Shown: in pieces, positions 61,577 through 64,000 of the stretch
Position numbering within the stretch: the first letter of the stretch is position 1
Layout: each line of letters opens with the position of its first letter
NCBI GenBank assembly: GCA_038496445.1
Contig: JALMLS010000541.1
Span: 124,001-188,000 of the forward strand
DNA length: 64,000 nt
Direction: 5' to 3'
DNA from: Trichosphaerium sp. ATCC 40318
Lineage: Eukaryota; Protista; Tubulinea
The notes under the pieces: model-generated
Database searches by the model: none
Seen by the model: the letters and a program-made list of their open reading frames with translations, nothing else
Told to the model about the DNA's origin: nothing
Position numbers and translations under genes: made by a program

Positions 61577-63289
61577 ATGAAAGCATTGACTAATCTCTCC
61601 GAACGGGACTCGCTCCTATTGAACGCTTGCATTGCAGTAGTGCTTTTACCGATAGCTATTGGAGGAGCTGTAGCTCTTTCAAGCATCCGCGAACCTCAAG
61701 GCCCGGCTTTTGGTGTTTCAGTGGTATGTTTTGTTTAAACATGTTCCTATCGATACCAAGCGCTCTATAGGTTGCTTATTAAGCGTCGTTTAATTATTTT
61801 GATGATCACAAATTTATTTTGGAATAGGTTTTGTTTCTGGCAATCTTAGCAACTCTTTTGGGCGGAGGGATGTTCATGGCTCTCGTTTCATTAGGACAGG
61901 TGACAAAGAAACACCTTCATGTAGTATTTTTCTTCGGAGCGCTTTTACTAGCCATAACGACTATGATAATGCTTGGGTGGCTAATGGGCTCCTTCACAAG
62001 AACGTATTGGCTGAGTACTTTTGAAGGTAAGTGAAAAACGCGAAAAAACCAGAATTTTTGTTTTTTCGTTTTAGCACGTGCAGCAAATCATGATCTTATT
62101 TTTTGGTTGTAGGATCAGTAATAGTGGATGACGTAATCAAAAACCAAATACAGAATAACGAAAAGTTCAAGACAGGGTTTGATTATACGTTTGAGACGCC
62201 TAGTGAAATTGTCACTAACCCAACATTGTACGTACATCTTGACATTATCAAGCTGTTTCAACAAGGCGGTAATATTACTGTTGTGGATTTACATCAGTAA
62301 CAACATAATTCTTCTAATGGACAAAGCTGTAACAGTGAAGGCAATGTAGTGTTTTTTCAACTCTGAAATTTTAGTGTATTGTAGTTTTTTCTTAAAACTT
62401 GCATAGTTGGGGATACAGCTCAACATTTAGATGTTCCTCTGGGAAAACAAGAAGGTGTACAACAAGATTGCATTGCATGGCTCCAGTGACATTGAATCCA
62501 GGAACATCATTTATGAATAACACTGTACATACCGTTACATAGTGTGTCATGCTTAATAGCTTTTTAGGAGCTTGTTGGATTTTTTGTAACTTGTGAGATT
62601 ATACTTCCAGGTTCTTTGACAGCTAATAACAACACATGTTTTAAACACAAGGATGACGTATGTATACAAAAATGGTTTGATGGCAATACAGACAGCACCA
62701 GGCTTTTTGGTAGTTCGTCATTGATACGACCAACAAGATTACTAGACAGCACTGAAGAGGTACAAACTCTTTTGATACAAATATTACAGTTTTCATATTG
62801 TTTATGCTCGTTCTAAACCAATTCAACACCTTTCTCTTTAATGCCTCTGCTAATGTTTTTACTAAGGCTTTAAGTCATATTAAGAGAATTAAAGGAATCA
62901 CGGTGAGCAAGAACCATGTTCTTTTGTTCAATCAAGATAGTGAAAGTATTGTGAAGAAACATAAAATTACTGCTATTGTGTTTATTACTGTAAGTACAAC
63001 TGTTTTTACATTTGGAAGCTGTTAGGTCTATAATCTTTTTCAACATTGTTGACATTTTGCCTAGGTTTTTTGTATCTTGTATGTGGCAGTTATAGGTGTA
63101 TGTCTTTTTTATAATCATCCAGAGATATCTAGGAAGATTGTTTCCAAATACGGATGTACACCTGCCTCTTTTGGTCTTCTTGGAGGTCCCGAAAATAACG
63201 TTGTGGCCACCCCATCTGATAACCCTTCATCTACTTCAGATGATAAAAGCGTGTCGATACAAATGGATAGTCCATACGTTGAAAACTGA
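61577..63289 (+). pseudogene. Tetraspanin-like four-TM gene with enlarged loop; CCG exon disrupted
   Basis: Three N-terminal TMs, long loop, fourth TM (ITAIVFITVFCILYVAVIGVCLFY) and tail. YYCCGF (CCG codons at 62279-62287) is preceded by an in-frame TAA (62270-62272) and followed by a frameshift. Confidence 0.6.
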
Positions 63290-63574
63290 AACTATGTAGA
63301 TAAGACAAATTGTACAAAAAAAAATAAAACACAAAATTACCAAAGATCAGATTGTGAAAAAGAACAGTCCTCCATTGAATATGGAGTATGCTCTATGAAT
63401 TGTTTACTTCAAGTCCACTGGATGCTGCTTAGAAAGAGGCCATCAAATGCAGCATTTGTATGTACAATGTTTAGACATCAAGTAGCTAATGTACATAACA
63501 AGACTACGAGTAGTAGAAAATGTTTCTGTAAATACAATACCAGGTTGAAACACTTTACCTGTAGACAACAAGTA

Positions 63575-63646
63575 GCCCACTTAGCTCAATCGGAAGAGCG
63601 TTTGGCTTTTGACCAGATGGTAGCGAGATCAAAACTCGCAGTGGGC
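63575..63646 (+). tRNA. Atypical tRNA-Lys(TTT)-like sequence, copy 3
   Basis: Same cloverleaf with a fully paired acceptor stem GCCCACT/AGTGGGC, followed by the shared hairpin tail. Confidence 0.75.
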
Positions 63647-64000
63647 TTAACACTATATCTTTGGTGTTAGTGTGCAAAGTGTTCCAAATAATTTCGAAAC
63701 AACCAACCTGAATTCATTGAATATGGAAAACTTATGAGTGCTCTATGTTAGCCAACAGATCATCTTGTAATCAATTACTTCAATCATTGAAAAATACCGA
63801 CTCTAAATGAAGGTAAAAACTGAACTATTGAAACCACAACAAACTTGTTAGAACCAACTTTGTTTATTCATAACTGTTGCGAATGGAGCCCTTATTCAAC
63901 AACTTGATATTCTATAAAACAAACTCGTAATACTATAGCGAGCTTAATTGAAGACGTACATGCGCCAAAAGAGAAGCAGACAAAAAGGTACTGCTGTCAC

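Noticed and set aside
60914-62500. In-frame TAG/TAA codons as evidence of stop-codon reassignment
   Set aside because: Conserved genes in the window end in TAA, TAG and TGA and have no internal stops. These cases co-occur with frameshifts, consistent with decay.
1-64000. Prokaryotic operon, CRISPR array, rRNA or intact transposase/RT
   Set aside because: The fragmented ORFs resolve into spliced eukaryotic genes; no repeat-spacer array, rRNA or transposase/RT motifs were seen.
1-64000. Frequent CACGTG/ACGT words as regulatory E-boxes
   Set aside because: They occur in introns, exons and splice donors alike; no positional enrichment can be shown by eye.

Overview
Gene-dense, AT-rich eukaryotic nuclear DNA with many short (mostly ~35-130 nt) spliceosomal introns and the standard genetic code. 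It is most likely an amoebozoan or similar protist (inference from Shk/STAT-type SH2 domains, a Grl-like family C GPCR and expanded F-box/LRR genes). I reconstructed about 30 genes by hand-splicing the ORF fragments, so exon boundaries are approximate. Recognisable genes: RasGEF, ARMC8, mitochondrial enoyl reductase MECR, fatty-acid elongase, LCLAT/AGPAT acyltransferase, SCY1-like pseudokinase, Ras, a UBX protein, SECIS-binding protein 2, PhoD, RCC1-SAM and F-box/LRR. Most notable: (1) a three-copy dispersed repeat built on an atypical tRNA-Lys(TTT)-like head (initiator-type A54/A60 T-loop, G37, no oligo-T terminator, conserved 3' hairpin), fused back-to-back to decayed F-box/LRR coding sequence and lying among pseudogenes; (2) an intron-rich DEP-domain fusion to a bacterial-type MerA-like flavoprotein disulfide reductase; (3) surface proteins carrying bacterial-looking domains; (4) several GC-AG introns and relaxed 5' splice sites; (5) an extended SBP2, implying selenocysteine machinery. 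No CRISPR array, rRNA or intact transposase/RT ORF was seen. Family assignments rest on motif recognition from memory, not on database searches.
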